DNA of 44,358 bases from Opitutia bacterium (GCA_050506795.1 JBJHCF010000029.1:1-44358); one strand, 5' to 3'. Shown: positions 29,210 to 39,399, counted from the stretch's first letter. The notes: generated from the sequence alone by a model not told the origin. Program-made: numbers and translations.

Positions 29210-32200
29210 ATGCCAGTCTTCCAGTCGCCACTTTATCGATCCGATTTTGAACACGACGCCTGCGGGGTCGGTTTTATCGCCCGGATGTCGGGGGAACCGT
29301 CGTGGGAAATCGTGGATCGCGCGGTGGCGGCGCTGAAAGCACTGGCGCACCGGGGAGCGATCGATGCCGATGCGGTGACCGGCGACGGTGCCGGCATACT
29401 GACCCAGATCCCGCAGGAACTTTTGGTGAAGCATCTGGCCGAAAGGGGAATCGAATCGCCCGCCGCCGGCCGACTTGGCGTGGGTATGGTTTTTCTTCCC
29501 CGGGAGAATTCCCAGGCGTGCGACCAAGGCAAGCGCCTGCTGGAAGAGGCGGTCGAACGGGAGGGATTGCGGTTCCTGGACTGGCGCGAGGTTCCGGTGG
29601 ATCCTGCCTGCCTCGGACATAAGGCCGCCACCACAAGGCCGCTTATCGTTCAGGCCCTGGTCGCGGGCGACGACGGCATGGATGCCGACTCTCTGGAGCG
29701 AAGACTCTACCTGGCACAGAAGACGACCGAGCGCCAGGCGCGGGAAAACCAGCTGGAAGGGTTTTACATCTGCAGTTTTTCCTGCCGGACGGTTGTCTAC
29801 AAAGGGCTGTTGAATGCCCCGCAGATTCGGCGGTTTTTCCTTGATCTGCGGTCCCGGGATTTCAAGAGCGCATACGCTATTTTTCACCAGCGCTATTCGA
29901 CCAACACCTTTCCCACCTGGCACCTGGCGCAGCCGTTTCGTATGATGGCGCACAACGGGGAGATCAACACCATCCGTGGAAACCGCAACATGATGCGGGC
30001 GCGCGAGTTCTCTGATGAGCATACGGTCTGGGAGGATCGATTCGAGGATCTCCGCCCCGTTATTCAGCCGGAGATGTCGGATTCCGCCAGCTTTGACAAC
30101 GCGCTCCAGTGCCTGACCCTCGGCGGGCGTTCCTCTCTCCACGCCTGTCAGATGATGATGCCGGTCGCCTGGGAAAATGATCCCGAATTGCAGCCGGAAG
30201 TCCGCGATTTCTTTCATTACCACGCCGGGGTGATGGAGCCCTGGGACGGCCCCGCCGCCGTGGTTTTCACCGACGGGCGTTATGTGGCGGCGTCCTTGGA
30301 CCGCAACGGTCTGCGTCCGGCCCGCTACAAAGTTTACGACGACGGCACCGTGCTGTTGGCGTCGGAGGTCGGGCTGATTCCCGACGGGAACGCCCGGGTG
30401 GTGGAGTCGGGACGTCTCGGCCCGGGGCGCATGCTGGCGGTCGATCTGGAAGACCAGAAACTGTTGCACGATGCGACGATCAAGCAACACCTGGCCGGCC
30501 GCCGCGACTACGGAGCCCTTTGCCGGGATTCGTTCATCGATCTGCGCGGCGAAACCGAGCTGGTCCGGCCGGAAGAGGAAGTGCGGAGCGTCGATCCAGA
30601 GGACAAGCTTCCCTGGCAACTCGCCTTCGGTTACGAACTGGACGAGATTGAAATCGTCCTTCAGCCCATGGCGGAAAACGGACTCGAACCCACCGGTTCC
30701 ATGGGCGACGACACCCCGCTGGCGGTGCTTTCCCGTCGACCGCGGCTGCTGTACACCTACTTTAAACAACTTTTCGCCCAGGTGACGAATCCGGCAATCG
30801 ATTCGATCCGGGAGAACCTGGTGATGTCCACCCACACCCTGCTGGGTGGTGAACTCGACAGTGTTTTTCAGGAAAGCCCCCGGGATTCCCGCATCGCGGA
30901 AGCCCTTTCACCGGTCCTGATGAACCGGGAGTTGGCGGCTTTACGCGGGTTGGAAGACCGGTTGGGTCCGGTTCGCACCCTTCCGGTGCTCTTTTCCGCC
31001 GCCCAGGGGCCTGACGCCTTGCAGCCGGCAGTCGAGGCGCTGGCGGCGGAAGCCTGTCGGCTCGTGGAGAAGGAGGGCGCCCGAATCATTGTGTTGTGCG
31101 ACCGGGGAATCGGTCCCGAAAAAGCCGCCATTCCCATGCTCCTGGCCACCGGAGCCGTGCACCATGCCATGGTAAGGGCGGGACTGCGCCTGCGCTGCGG
31201 CGTTGTCTGTGAGACCGGCGAGGCCCGCGAAGTGCACCAGATGGCGACCCTGATCGGTTTCGGCGCCAATGCCGTCAACCCCTACATGGCCCTGGAGGTG
31301 ATCGGCGATCTTTGGGAGGAAAAGAAGTTCGAGGAGGTGGCCAGCCTGGCGGAGGCTTGCGAAAACTACCGGACCGCTTTGAACAAGGGCCTGCTGAAAA
31401 TCATGGCAAAGATGGGTATCAGCGCCCTTTTCAGCTATCAGGCCGCCCAGGTGTTTGAAGCCCTTGGCATCGGACCGGAAGTGGTCCGGGACTGTTTCTA
31501 CGGGGTGGCCTCGCCTCTGGGCGGCGTTGGCTACCGCGAAATCGCCGAAGCGACCTTGCGCCGCCACGGTAACGCTTATCCGCAGGATCGGGAGAGCGTG
31601 CTGGAGAGCGAGGGCTATTTCAAGGTGAATCGGCGCGGCGGTGAGTTTCATGCCTGGAACACGAAGGTGGTGGCCGGTTTGCACAAGTTCGTGAAATCCG
31701 AGAGTCAGGACGACTTTGGGAAGTTTGTCGCCGCCGGTGACGAACATCAGCCGGTCGGCATCAAGGACCTGCTGCGGTTTCGTTTTGCTCCGAAGCCGAT
31801 CGACCTGGAAGAGGTTGAGCCGATCGAAGACATTCGGCGCCGATTTACCACCGCGGGCATGTCGCTGGGAGCGATTTCCCCCGAAACCCATGAGTGTTTG
31901 GCCATCGCCCTGAACAGCATCGGAGGCAAATCGAACTCGGGCGAGGGCGGGGAGGATCCCCGGCGGTTTTCTCCCTTTGAGGATGGCCGCAACGCCAACA
32001 GCGCCATCAAACAGGTTGCTTCCGCCCGGTTCGGGGTCACCGCCGAGTACCTCGCTTCGGCCAAGGAGATCGAAATCAAGATCGCCCAGGGCGCCAAACC
32101 GGGAGAGGGCGGGCAGTTGCCCGGTCATAAGGTCACTCCGCTGATTGCCCGCCTCCGTTTCAGTGTGCCCGGGGTGACGCTGATTTCGCCCCCGCCGCAC

Positions 32201-33763
32201 CACGATATTTACTCCATCGAGGATCTCGCCCAGTTGATCTTCGACCTGAAACAGGTCAATCCGCGGGCCAAGGTATGCGTCAAACTGGTCGCCTGCTCCG
32301 GTGTGGGCACGGTGGCCGCGGGGGTGGCCAAGGCCTATGCCGACGTCATTCTGATCTCGGGCCACGAAGGGGGCACCGGCGCTTCGCCCGTCTCGTCGAT
32401 CAAGAATGCCGGTTCCGCCTGGGAGATCGGTCTCGCCGAGGCGCATCAGGTTCTCATGATGAACGACCTGCGCGGCCGTGTGGTCCTGCGAACCGATGGC
32501 GGCATGAAAACCGGACGCGACATCATCATCGCCGCGCTCCTCGGCGCCGAGGAATACAACTTCGGCACCGCCGCGCTGATCGCGGCCGGGTGCGCCATGT
32601 TCCGGGTGTGCCATCTCAACACCTGCCCGGTGGGGGTGGCGACGCAGCGCGAGGACCTGCGGGCCAAGTTCCGGGGGAAACCGGAAAACATCGTGCACTA
32701 CTTCAACGGGGTGGCCGAGGACGCCCGTCAGTACCTGGCGCGGCTGGGATTTCGGACGATCGACGAAATCGTCGGCCGGACCGATTTGCTCGAGCAAATA
32801 TTCGATGAGGAGAATCCCAAAACGAAACTCATCTCGTTTGCCGGCCTGTTGCACGATCCCGATCCGAGCGGTGAAACCACGCGCATTCACACCCGTGAAC
32901 GCAACGACCGTTTCGGCAACGAAGGGACGATCGACGACGGTGTCATCCAGGAAATCAAGGACCTCGTGCGGGGTCGGGTTTCCAACTACTCCGGAAAGTT
33001 CCGCATCCGCAACACCGACCGCTGCGTGGGAACCCGTCTCTCGGGCGAACTGGCGTATTCGCTCGGCAATCACGGCATCCCGCCCGGGTCGATCGACCTG
33101 ACCTTCAACGGCAGCGCCGGACAGAGCTTCGGCACCTTCCTCATCCAGGGAATCCGTTTGACCCTGTTCGGCGAGGCCAACGACTACGTCGGCAAAGGAA
33201 TGAACGGAGGTGAAATTATTATTCGGCCGCGCGATAACGAATCCTTCGTCTGGCACGAAAACATCATCCTGGGCAACACCTGCCTTTACGGCGCCACCGG
33301 CGGGCGCCTTTTTGCCGCCGGGCAGGCCGGTGAGCGTTTTGCGGTGCGCAATTCGGGCGGTTTGGCGGTGGTGGAAGGCGTTGGCGATCACTGTTGTGAA
33401 TACATGACTGGCGGCATGGTGGTTGTATTGGGAGAAGCAGGACGCAATTTTGGGGCCGGTATGAGCGGGGGACTGGCTTTTGTCTACGACGAAGCCGGCG
33501 TATTCGGGAAACGGTACAATTCAGCCATGATTTCAATCGAGCGCCTGGAAGAGGACCGCGAAATCGAATCGCTGCGCAAGCTGGTGGAGACCCACGTGCG
33601 GCTCACTTCCAGCCCGCACGGGCAACGGCTGCTCGACGACTGGCGGACCGCGGTTGGCCGGTTCTGGAAAGTGATCCCGCACCCGCCGACCCCGGATACA
33701 CCGAAGCCGGTTTTTGAATTTGCCGCGGAAGAAACGCCTTCCGGCGTTCGAGCATCGGTCTGA
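29210..33763 (+). CDS. gltB: Glutamate synthase large subunit
   Basis: EHDA|CGVGF, HQRYSTNT, HNGEINT, EPWDGPA, AQGAKPGEGGQL, CAMFRVCHLNTCPVG, GXGXG domain. Confidence 0.97.
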   Translation: MPVFQSPLYRSDFEHDACGVGFIARMSGEPSWEIVDRAVAALKALAHRGAIDADAVTGDGAGILTQIPQELLVKHLAERGIESPAAGRLGVGMVFLPRENSQACDQGKRLLEEAVEREGLRFLDWREVPVDPACLGHKAATTRPLIVQALVAGDDGMDADSLERRLYLAQKTTERQARENQLEGFYICSFSCRTVVYKGLLNAPQIRRFFLDLRSRDFKSAYAIFHQRYSTNTFPTWHLAQPFRMMAHNGEINTIRGNRNMMRAREFSDEHTVWEDRFEDLRPVIQPEMSDSASFDNALQCLTLGGRSSLHACQMMMPVAWENDPELQPEVRDFFHYHAGVMEPWDGPAAVVFTDGRYVAASLDRNGLRPARYKVYDDGTVLLASEVGLIPDGNARVVESGRLGPGRMLAVDLEDQKLLHDATIKQHLAGRRDYGALCRDSFIDLRGETELVRPEEEVRSVDPEDKLPWQLAFGYELDEIEIVLQPMAENGLEPTGSMGDDTPLAVLSRRPRLLYTYFKQLFAQVTNPAIDSIRENLVMSTHTLLGGELDSVFQESPRDSRIAEALSPVLMNRELAALRGLEDRLGPVRTLPVLFSAAQGPDALQPAVEALAAEACRLVEKEGARIIVLCDRGIGPEKAAIPMLLATGAVHHAMVRAGLRLRCGVVCETGEAREVHQMATLIGFGANAVNPYMALEVIGDLWEEKKFEEVASLAEACENYRTALNKGLLKIMAKMGISALFSYQAAQVFEALGIGPEVVRDCFYGVASPLGGVGYREIAEATLRRHGNAYPQDRESVLESEGYFKVNRRGGEFHAWNTKVVAGLHKFVKSESQDDFGKFVAAGDEHQPVGIKDLLRFRFAPKPIDLEEVEPIEDIRRRFTTAGMSLGAISPETHECLAIALNSIGGKSNSGEGGEDPRRFSPFEDGRNANSAIKQVASARFGVTAEYLASAKEIEIKIAQGAKPGEGGQLPGHKVTPLIARLRFSVPGVTLISPPPHHDIYSIEDLAQLIFDLKQVNPRAKVCVKLVACSGVGTVAAGVAKAYADVILISGHEGGTGASPVSSIKNAGSAWEIGLAEAHQVLMMNDLRGRVVLRTDGGMKTGRDIIIAALLGAEEYNFGTAALIAAGCAMFRVCHLNTCPVGVATQREDLRAKFRGKPENIVHYFNGVAEDARQYLARLGFRTIDEIVGRTDLLEQIFDEENPKTKLISFAGLLHDPDPSGETTRIHTRERNDRFGNEGTIDDGVIQEIKDLVRGRVSNYSGKFRIRNTDRCVGTRLSGELAYSLGNHGIPPGSIDLTFNGSAGQSFGTFLIQGIRLTLFGEANDYVGKGMNGGEIIIRPRDNESFVWHENIILGNTCLYGATGGRLFAAGQAGERFAVRNSGGLAVVEGVGDHCCEYMTGGMVVVLGEAGRNFGAGMSGGLAFVYDEAGVFGKRYNSAMISIERLEEDREIESLRKLVETHVRLTSSPHGQRLLDDWRTAVGRFWKVIPHPPTPDTPKPVFEFAAEETPSGVRASV

Positions 33764-33807
33764 TCGGTCCGATCCGACTGATACTCCCTATCCGTCCAAT
33801 CCCCTCC
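33754..33807 (+). repeat. Degenerate 9-mer tandem repeat x6
   Basis: ATCGGTCTG ATCGGTCCG ATCCGACTG ATACTCCCT ATCCGTCCA ATCCCCTCC, overlapping the gltB stop codon. Confidence 0.7.
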
Positions 33808-33874
33808 CGATCTATTCTCTTGCCTCCCCGGAGGTGATCCGTAGATTGCGGATTTCGCAAACCAAACCGATTTT

Positions 33875-35080
33875 ATGAGCGTTAAGAAAGTTGCTATTCT
33901 CACCGCGGGCGGATTGGCGCCCTGTTTGTCTTCGGCGATCGGGGGACTGATCCAGCGGTACTCGGAAACCGTTCCGGATGTGGAAATCCTCTGTTACCGC
34001 GACGGCTACAAAGGGCTGTTGCTGGGCGACAGCATCGAAGTCACTCCGGAAATCCGCCGCCGCGCCGGCGTGCTGCACCGCTACGGCGGCAGCCCCATCG
34101 GCAATAGCCGGGTGAAGCTCACCAACGCCAAGGACTGCGTGAAACGCGGCCTGATCAAGGAAGGAGAGGATCCCCTCAAGGTCGCGGCGGAACGTCTGGT
34201 AACCGACAAGGTGGATGTGCTTCACACCATCGGCGGAGACGACACCAACACCACCGCGGCCGACCTGGCAGCTTTCCTGGCCGAACAGAAATACGAACTC
34301 GGCGTGGTCGGCCTGCCCAAGACGGTGGACAACGACGTGTTTCCCATTCGCCAGTCGCTGGGCGCCTGGACGGCGGCCGAGCAGGGCGCGAGGTTTTTCG
34401 AAAACGTGGTGCACGAACACGGCGCGAATCCGCGTATGCTCATCGTCCATGAAGTGATGGGACGCCACTGCGGCTGGCTTACCGCCGCCACCGCGCAGGA
34501 GTACCGCTGCCTGCTGGCCGGCAAGGAATTCGTGCCCGGCATCGACCTGGCGCGGGAGCGTTTCGACGTGCACGCGGTCTTCCTGCCGGAAATGAAAATC
34601 GACCTTCGTGCTGAGGCGGACCGCCTGCATGGGATCATGGACAAGTTGAATTGTGTCAATATCTTCATCGGCGAAGGCGCCGGTGCGGAAAGCATCGTGG
34701 CGGAAATGGAAGCGGCCGGGGAAGAAGTGCCTCGCGACGCCTTCGGTCACGTAAAGCTGGATGCCGTGAATCCCGGCGCCTGGTTCGGGAAACAGTTCGC
34801 CAAGATGCTCGATGCGGAAAAGACTCTGGTGCAGAAGAGTGGCTACTTTGCCCGTTCGGCTCCGCCGAACCGCGAGGACCTGCGACTGATCCAGAGCTGC
34901 GTCGACACCGCGGTGGAGTGCGTGCTCAAAGGCGAGCGCGGGGTGATCGGCCACGATGAGGACCGGGGCGACGTGCTGCGGGCGATCGAATTCGAGCGCA
35001 TCAAGGGCGGAAAGCCGTTCGATACCAAGACCGACTGGTTCGGGAGAATGCTCAAGGAGATCGGCCAGCCGTTGGCATGA
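33875..35080 (+). CDS. pfp: Pyrophosphate--fructose-6-phosphate 1-phosphotransferase
   Basis: TAGGLAPCLS, GGDDT (PPi-type Asp), PKTVDND, EVMGRHCGWL, QKSGYFARSA. Confidence 0.92.
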   Translation: MSVKKVAILTAGGLAPCLSSAIGGLIQRYSETVPDVEILCYRDGYKGLLLGDSIEVTPEIRRRAGVLHRYGGSPIGNSRVKLTNAKDCVKRGLIKEGEDPLKVAAERLVTDKVDVLHTIGGDDTNTTAADLAAFLAEQKYELGVVGLPKTVDNDVFPIRQSLGAWTAAEQGARFFENVVHEHGANPRMLIVHEVMGRHCGWLTAATAQEYRCLLAGKEFVPGIDLARERFDVHAVFLPEMKIDLRAEADRLHGIMDKLNCVNIFIGEGAGAESIVAEMEAAGEEVPRDAFGHVKLDAVNPGAWFGKQFAKMLDAEKTLVQKSGYFARSAPPNREDLRLIQSCVDTAVECVLKGERGVIGHDEDRGDVLRAIEFERIKGGKPFDTKTDWFGRMLKEIGQPLA

Positions 35081-35084
35081 TGCG

Positions 35085-35450
35085 ATGAGCGACACATCCT
35101 TACTCGAAACCTTTCCCAATCCCAAGCCGGAACGGGATTACCGGATCGAACACACCTTTCCCGAATTCACCTCGGTTTGCCCAAAAACCGGGCAGCCCGA
35201 TTTCGCCACCGTGGTCATCACCTATGTAGCGGAAGAAACGTGCCTTGAATTGAAGGGGTTGAAACTCTACCTGAACGCCTACCGCAACGAGGGGGTGTTC
35301 TACGAGAAGGTGACCAATCTCATCCTGGATGATTTGGCTGCGGTCTGCTCCCCGCGCTGGATGCGGGTTGTCACCCGCTGGGGCCCCCGCGGGGGATTCA
35401 GCTCGGTAATCACCGCCGTTACGGGCTCCGCGCCCGACGGCGCGCCTTGA
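35085..35450 (+). CDS. queF: NADPH-dependent preQ0 reductase (type I)
   Basis: PEFTSVCPKTGQPDFA, LELKGLKLYL, PRGG. Confidence 0.93.
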   Translation: MSDTSLLETFPNPKPERDYRIEHTFPEFTSVCPKTGQPDFATVVITYVAEETCLELKGLKLYLNAYRNEGVFYEKVTNLILDDLAAVCSPRWMRVVTRWGPRGGFSSVITAVTGSAPDGAP

Positions 35451-35591
35451 GCCCAATGTTAAGCGAGTCCGTGACTCGCCTGAGTCGATCGAAAGCCGCA
35501 ACGGATCCGAGGGAGGTAATGAGCGGAGTTTCCTCCCGGCAATGGAGACCGGGAGCGGGGATGGGTTATTTTTTACGAGGAGTGCTTTGAC

Positions 35592-36259
35592 ATGAGCAAG
35601 GCCGGGTCCAACTGCCTGGCGGTATTGACCGAGGATATCGTGGGATCAGGCAAGGCTGACTCGTCCGACCCGAGAAAACTCGCGGGTCTTTGCAGGCGGC
35701 GGCCAGGGAGGCGAAGAAGGCGTTTCCCGAGGCCGGCCTATCGGCAAATGATGTGTTTCGGGGTGACAGTTGGCAGTTGCTGGTGGAACACCCTGAAGAC
35801 GCTCTGCGGATAACCCTTTTCCTGCGAACCTTTTTGCAGGGAGGCTCCGGGAGTGCCGGGGCGTCCTGGATTACCCGCGTGGGGATTGGTCTGGGTCCGG
35901 CGGAGTGGGTCGATTCCCGGCACGTTTCGCGCAGTCAGGGAAAGGCTTTCGTCGCGTCGGGAGAGGCTATCGACAGCCTATCCGGGAGCCGTCGTCACCT
36001 GGCGCTGTGCTCGGCCACGTCCGATGAACTGGAGCGTAGTGGTCGGGGGGTGGTGACCCTCCTTGATGCCCTGGTGCGGCGTTGGACCAAAAAGCAGGCC
36101 TGGGCGGTGTGCGGCGCGTTGCGCGGACTGACCCAGGAGGCGATCGCCGCGGCGTTTGTCCCACCGGTGGGGCGGCGGACGGCCGGAGATCATCTGGAGC
36201 GAGCCGACTGGGACGCGGTGGGGGCCGCCCTGAGGTGGTGGGAGGAACGCACCGGATGA
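35592..36259 (+). pseudogene. SatD-family protein with C-terminal HTH, frameshifted
   Basis: N-terminus AVLTEDIVGS in the 35592 frame; FRGDSWQ, TRVGIGLG, SQGKAFVASG, TQEAIA in the 35690 frame. The shift lies between 35660 and 35690. A sequencing error cannot be excluded. Confidence 0.75.
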
Positions 36260-36319
36260 ATCGTTTTTGGAATAGCTTTTTTGCCAAGGTTCCGATGCCG
36301 GCGACGGCGGGATTTTGTC

Positions 36320-36395
36320 GGTGTCTTCAGGAACTCCTTCTCTTATCAGGAGTCTTTTGAGACTCCATATGGGGATTGGAGCTTTAAAGAGCTCC
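36320..36395. repeat. Three 18-bp quasi-palindromes with 11-bp spacers
   Basis: GGTGTCTTCAGGAACTCC (36320), GGAGTCTTTTGAGACTCC (36349), GGAGCTTTAAAGAGCTCC (36378). Confidence 0.75.
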
Positions 36396-36436
36396 TTCAT
36401 CGTTCCAAGCGTACCGCATTACCGAAACAGAACACT

Positions 36437-36583
36437 ATGGATCGCGTAAATCCCCTCTTTCTGAGTCTCTTGTTCGCCCATTTGCTGGCGGACTTTGTCC
36501 TGCAGAGCAATCGCGATATCGCCCGCAAAGAGGAGCCGTTCTTTTTCGGCAAACACATTGCCCTGGTGACGCTTCTCTCATGA
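36437..36583 (+). pseudogene. Truncated DUF3307-like membrane protein
   Basis: LLFAHLLADFVLQ...K...KH motif, then TGA after 48 codons; no intact continuation seen. Confidence 0.7.
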
Positions 36584-36739
36584 ATTTCGGCTGGGGCCTG
36601 GCGGTCTCCTGGGACACCCTGTTCCTGCTGTATCACCTTTCATGAAAGGGCCTCCGCCCCGAGTGGCATCGACGCCCCTGTGGTTGAGCAAATGGTATCT
36701 GTCGGGGGTCACCGGATCCCCGTCGATCTGATCCTGCGA

Positions 36740-39307
36740 TCAGAATTCGTGAACCTCCTGCGGGGCCCGTTTTTCGACGGTAAGGTGACCGAGGGTGTCC
36801 CCCAAAATAAACAACGGCGCCGAGGGTGCCAGTGAGAGGACGATGCGGCCGTCACGGCGATCAAACTCGCGGGGTTCTCCGATCAGATTAACCACCCGGA
36901 CCTCCCCTCCGGCTTCGATGGCGACTTCGGCGGTACCGTGGCCCGACCAGACGGCCAGCCCGCGATCCGAGCGAAGGGCGTAAATTCCGGGGGCGGGAAA
37001 TTCACCCGTCCAGGGGCCATCCCTGAGGCTGTTCGCCAGGGTGGCCAACGCCCGGTAGGAGGGCTTGGGGCTGAGGTCGCGTCGAACGACCCCGAAATTG
37101 TGTTCGTTGAACCAGGCATCCGTTCCGTCGTTGCGGAAATTGTACCAACTGATGTTTTGGGTCGCGCCGGAAGCGACGGCTCCCAGGTACGAGCGCGCGA
37201 GAAACACGGCCTGCTCACGCTCCGTGGCGCCGTTGTGGTGCGTGGGAAGGCCCATTTCCGTGATCCATACCGGACGGTGATCCACCAGTTCGGCGACCGC
37301 GCGCAGTTCTTCCATAAAGCGGGATTCGTTCATGGCCTGGCGGTAAGGATGAATGGTCAGCACGTCGAACGGCGCCTCAGCCTCCAGACACATGCGGATA
37401 AAATCGGTATCGATGCCGGCGGTGGAGATTCCCAGCACCCGGGCGTCGGGATCCTCGTCTTTGATCGCTTCGTAAACACGCCGCAGCAGCACCGGGTAGA
37501 GTTCGGGCGGGCCTTGCCAGAAGAAGATATTCGGTTCGTTGTAGATTTCCCAATGCTGGATCCGGTCCCGGTAGCGTCGTACCGTTGCCCGGGCAAATTC
37601 GGCAAACGCTTCGATGCCTTCTTCCGTGTAGGGCTCCGTCCAGGGCGACCAGTAGGCGAGCAGGCCGTAGACGCTGATGCCGTTGCGCGTCGCCGCGTCG
37701 ACCACTTCGTCGTAAAAGCGGAAATCGTACACCCCGGGTTCGACTTCGATGCGGCTCCAGGAGAATTCCTCCCGGCTCCATTGCACCCCCGCGCTCGAAG
37801 CCATGGCGGCTGCCGTATCCATTTGTTGGAGACCTCCCGTCGAATGCGGAAACCGGTAAAGGTAAACCCCCATGCCCCACGGCGATTGCGGCCTCAATTC
37901 CCGGTCCGGCGTCAGATCCGGCGAACGGGAGTGCGCCACCGTGCGGAAGGCCAAAGTTTCTCCGTTGTGAACGTAACGGACAAGGACCTCCACGAAATGG
38001 CGGTCTTCCGGCATCGGCAGCGCAAGGGTCATTGTATCGGCCCGTCCCGGCTCCAGAGGATCGGGTCGGTCGGCGGACCAGACGGTATTCCCCTCCCAGT
38101 CGCGAGCGACGATCTCCAGGTCGCCTTCGAGCGGGACCGGCATGAGATTTCTCCGTTGAACGACCAATTGCAGCCCGTCGCCTCCGGTACTCTCGGGCGT
38201 GAGCGACGTCTTCAGGATCAGCCCGGAGGTGTTGGTCACGTCGGTGACGCATTCCAGGCTCTCCAATTCCAACTCGATTTTCTCCGCCGCGCCCGTCCCT
38301 CTGCGCACTTCCAGCCGGGTGAAGCGCAGGGGCGGTCGCACTTCACCGTCGTTCTGGCCCCCGTAATAGTCCCATCCGTCCGGCGGGACGGGTACGGTGA
38401 AGGTTTCGCGGTCTCCGGACAGTTCGCCCAGATCGCGGACGAAATTCTGAAAGTGCGATCCCAGGTGGAGACGAAGACGGTTTCCAGGCGACCCGCCGGT
38501 CACGGAAAGCCTCAACGCTTTCGGTCGTCCGTGCAGGGCGATCGAGTGATTCAGGAAGGCCTGTTGCGCTTCAGCGAGGTCCACCTCCCAGGGTCCGTCA
38601 GAGATCGTTCCGGGGCCGCTCAGGGAAAACCCCGCTTCGGAGTCGAAAGCGGTCACCTCGTAGGTCGATTCGTAGGTTTGGTAATCCCGTTCCCGCCATT
38701 GATCGTCGACGAGGGGTCGGGCTTCGATGTCGGCGATTTCGACCACGCCCGCCGGCTCGGCCAAACCCTGCCGTTCCACCAGAATCCCGATGCGCCTGAC
38801 CGGTTGCCGGAGACGTCCGTCGCCGGGACCTCCGAAAAACTGATTCCAGTGGGTCAAGTCGACCGCAACATCCTGCCAGTCGGCGTGCGGAAAAGTGGAG
38901 CTTTTTTGCAAGGTCTGTCCGTGCGAGTCGGTGATGCGAATGGTGAAGGTCGCCTCCGCCGGTTTCTTCAGGCGGAACGTCAACCGGTCCAGTGCACGTT
39001 CCGGTTCGATGTCACGGTAAGCCGCGACATAGGCGCCGCCCTCGCGAAAGTCGTAATGCAGTTTGAGTATCCCGTTGTCAGCGGAAAGCCGGCCCGCCGC
39101 TCCGGGAAACTCCGCGCCTTCGGCGAACGTCCATCCTGCGGGCAATCCCGTGTCGCCGGGGGGTGGCGATAGGGGGAATGGGTCGGTTTCGTTCGCCGCT
39201 CCGGTGGAGATCGCCGGAAACAGGAGCAGGCAACACAAGGCGAAAAGGCTGCTCCTGGCCGCCGGTCGTTGAGAGGGTTTGGCGAATGGCTGATCCGGGC
39301 ACCGCAT
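36740..39307 (-). CDS. Secreted multidomain clan GH-A glycoside hydrolase (GH5/GH39-like) with N-terminal CBM-like domains
   Basis: Signal peptide; REEFSWSRIE; acid/base WEIYNEPN; TIHPY; nucleophile VWITEMG; HNFGVVRRDLSPKPSY. Confidence 0.8.
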   Translation of the reverse strand: MRCPDQPFAKPSQRPAARSSLFALCCLLLFPAISTGAANETDPFPLSPPPGDTGLPAGWTFAEGAEFPGAAGRLSADNGILKLHYDFREGGAYVAAYRDIEPERALDRLTFRLKKPAEATFTIRITDSHGQTLQKSSTFPHADWQDVAVDLTHWNQFFGGPGDGRLRQPVRRIGILVERQGLAEPAGVVEIADIEARPLVDDQWRERDYQTYESTYEVTAFDSEAGFSLSGPGTISDGPWEVDLAEAQQAFLNHSIALHGRPKALRLSVTGGSPGNRLRLHLGSHFQNFVRDLGELSGDRETFTVPVPPDGWDYYGGQNDGEVRPPLRFTRLEVRRGTGAAEKIELELESLECVTDVTNTSGLILKTSLTPESTGGDGLQLVVQRRNLMPVPLEGDLEIVARDWEGNTVWSADRPDPLEPGRADTMTLALPMPEDRHFVEVLVRYVHNGETLAFRTVAHSRSPDLTPDRELRPQSPWGMGVYLYRFPHSTGGLQQMDTAAAMASSAGVQWSREEFSWSRIEVEPGVYDFRFYDEVVDAATRNGISVYGLLAYWSPWTEPYTEEGIEAFAEFARATVRRYRDRIQHWEIYNEPNIFFWQGPPELYPVLLRRVYEAIKDEDPDARVLGISTAGIDTDFIRMCLEAEAPFDVLTIHPYRQAMNESRFMEELRAVAELVDHRPVWITEMGLPTHHNGATEREQAVFLARSYLGAVASGATQNISWYNFRNDGTDAWFNEHNFGVVRRDLSPKPSYRALATLANSLRDGPWTGEFPAPGIYALRSDRGLAVWSGHGTAEVAIEAGGEVRVVNLIGEPREFDRRDGRIVLSLAPSAPLFILGDTLGHLTVEKRAPQEVHEF

Positions 39308-39399
39308 ACCGAACCATCAAATAATTCGCTCGCGGTGTCGATAAACATGTGCCGTCGGCACCTTGCGGGAAAACGGCTGCCATAGGCATTATCAGATCT

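Noticed and set aside
35040..35090. preQ1 riboswitch before queF
   Set aside because: queF starts 4 bp after the pfp stop, leaving no leader.
36320..36395. CRISPR array
   Set aside because: Repeats are 18 bp and non-identical, spacers are only 11 bp, and no cas genes are present.
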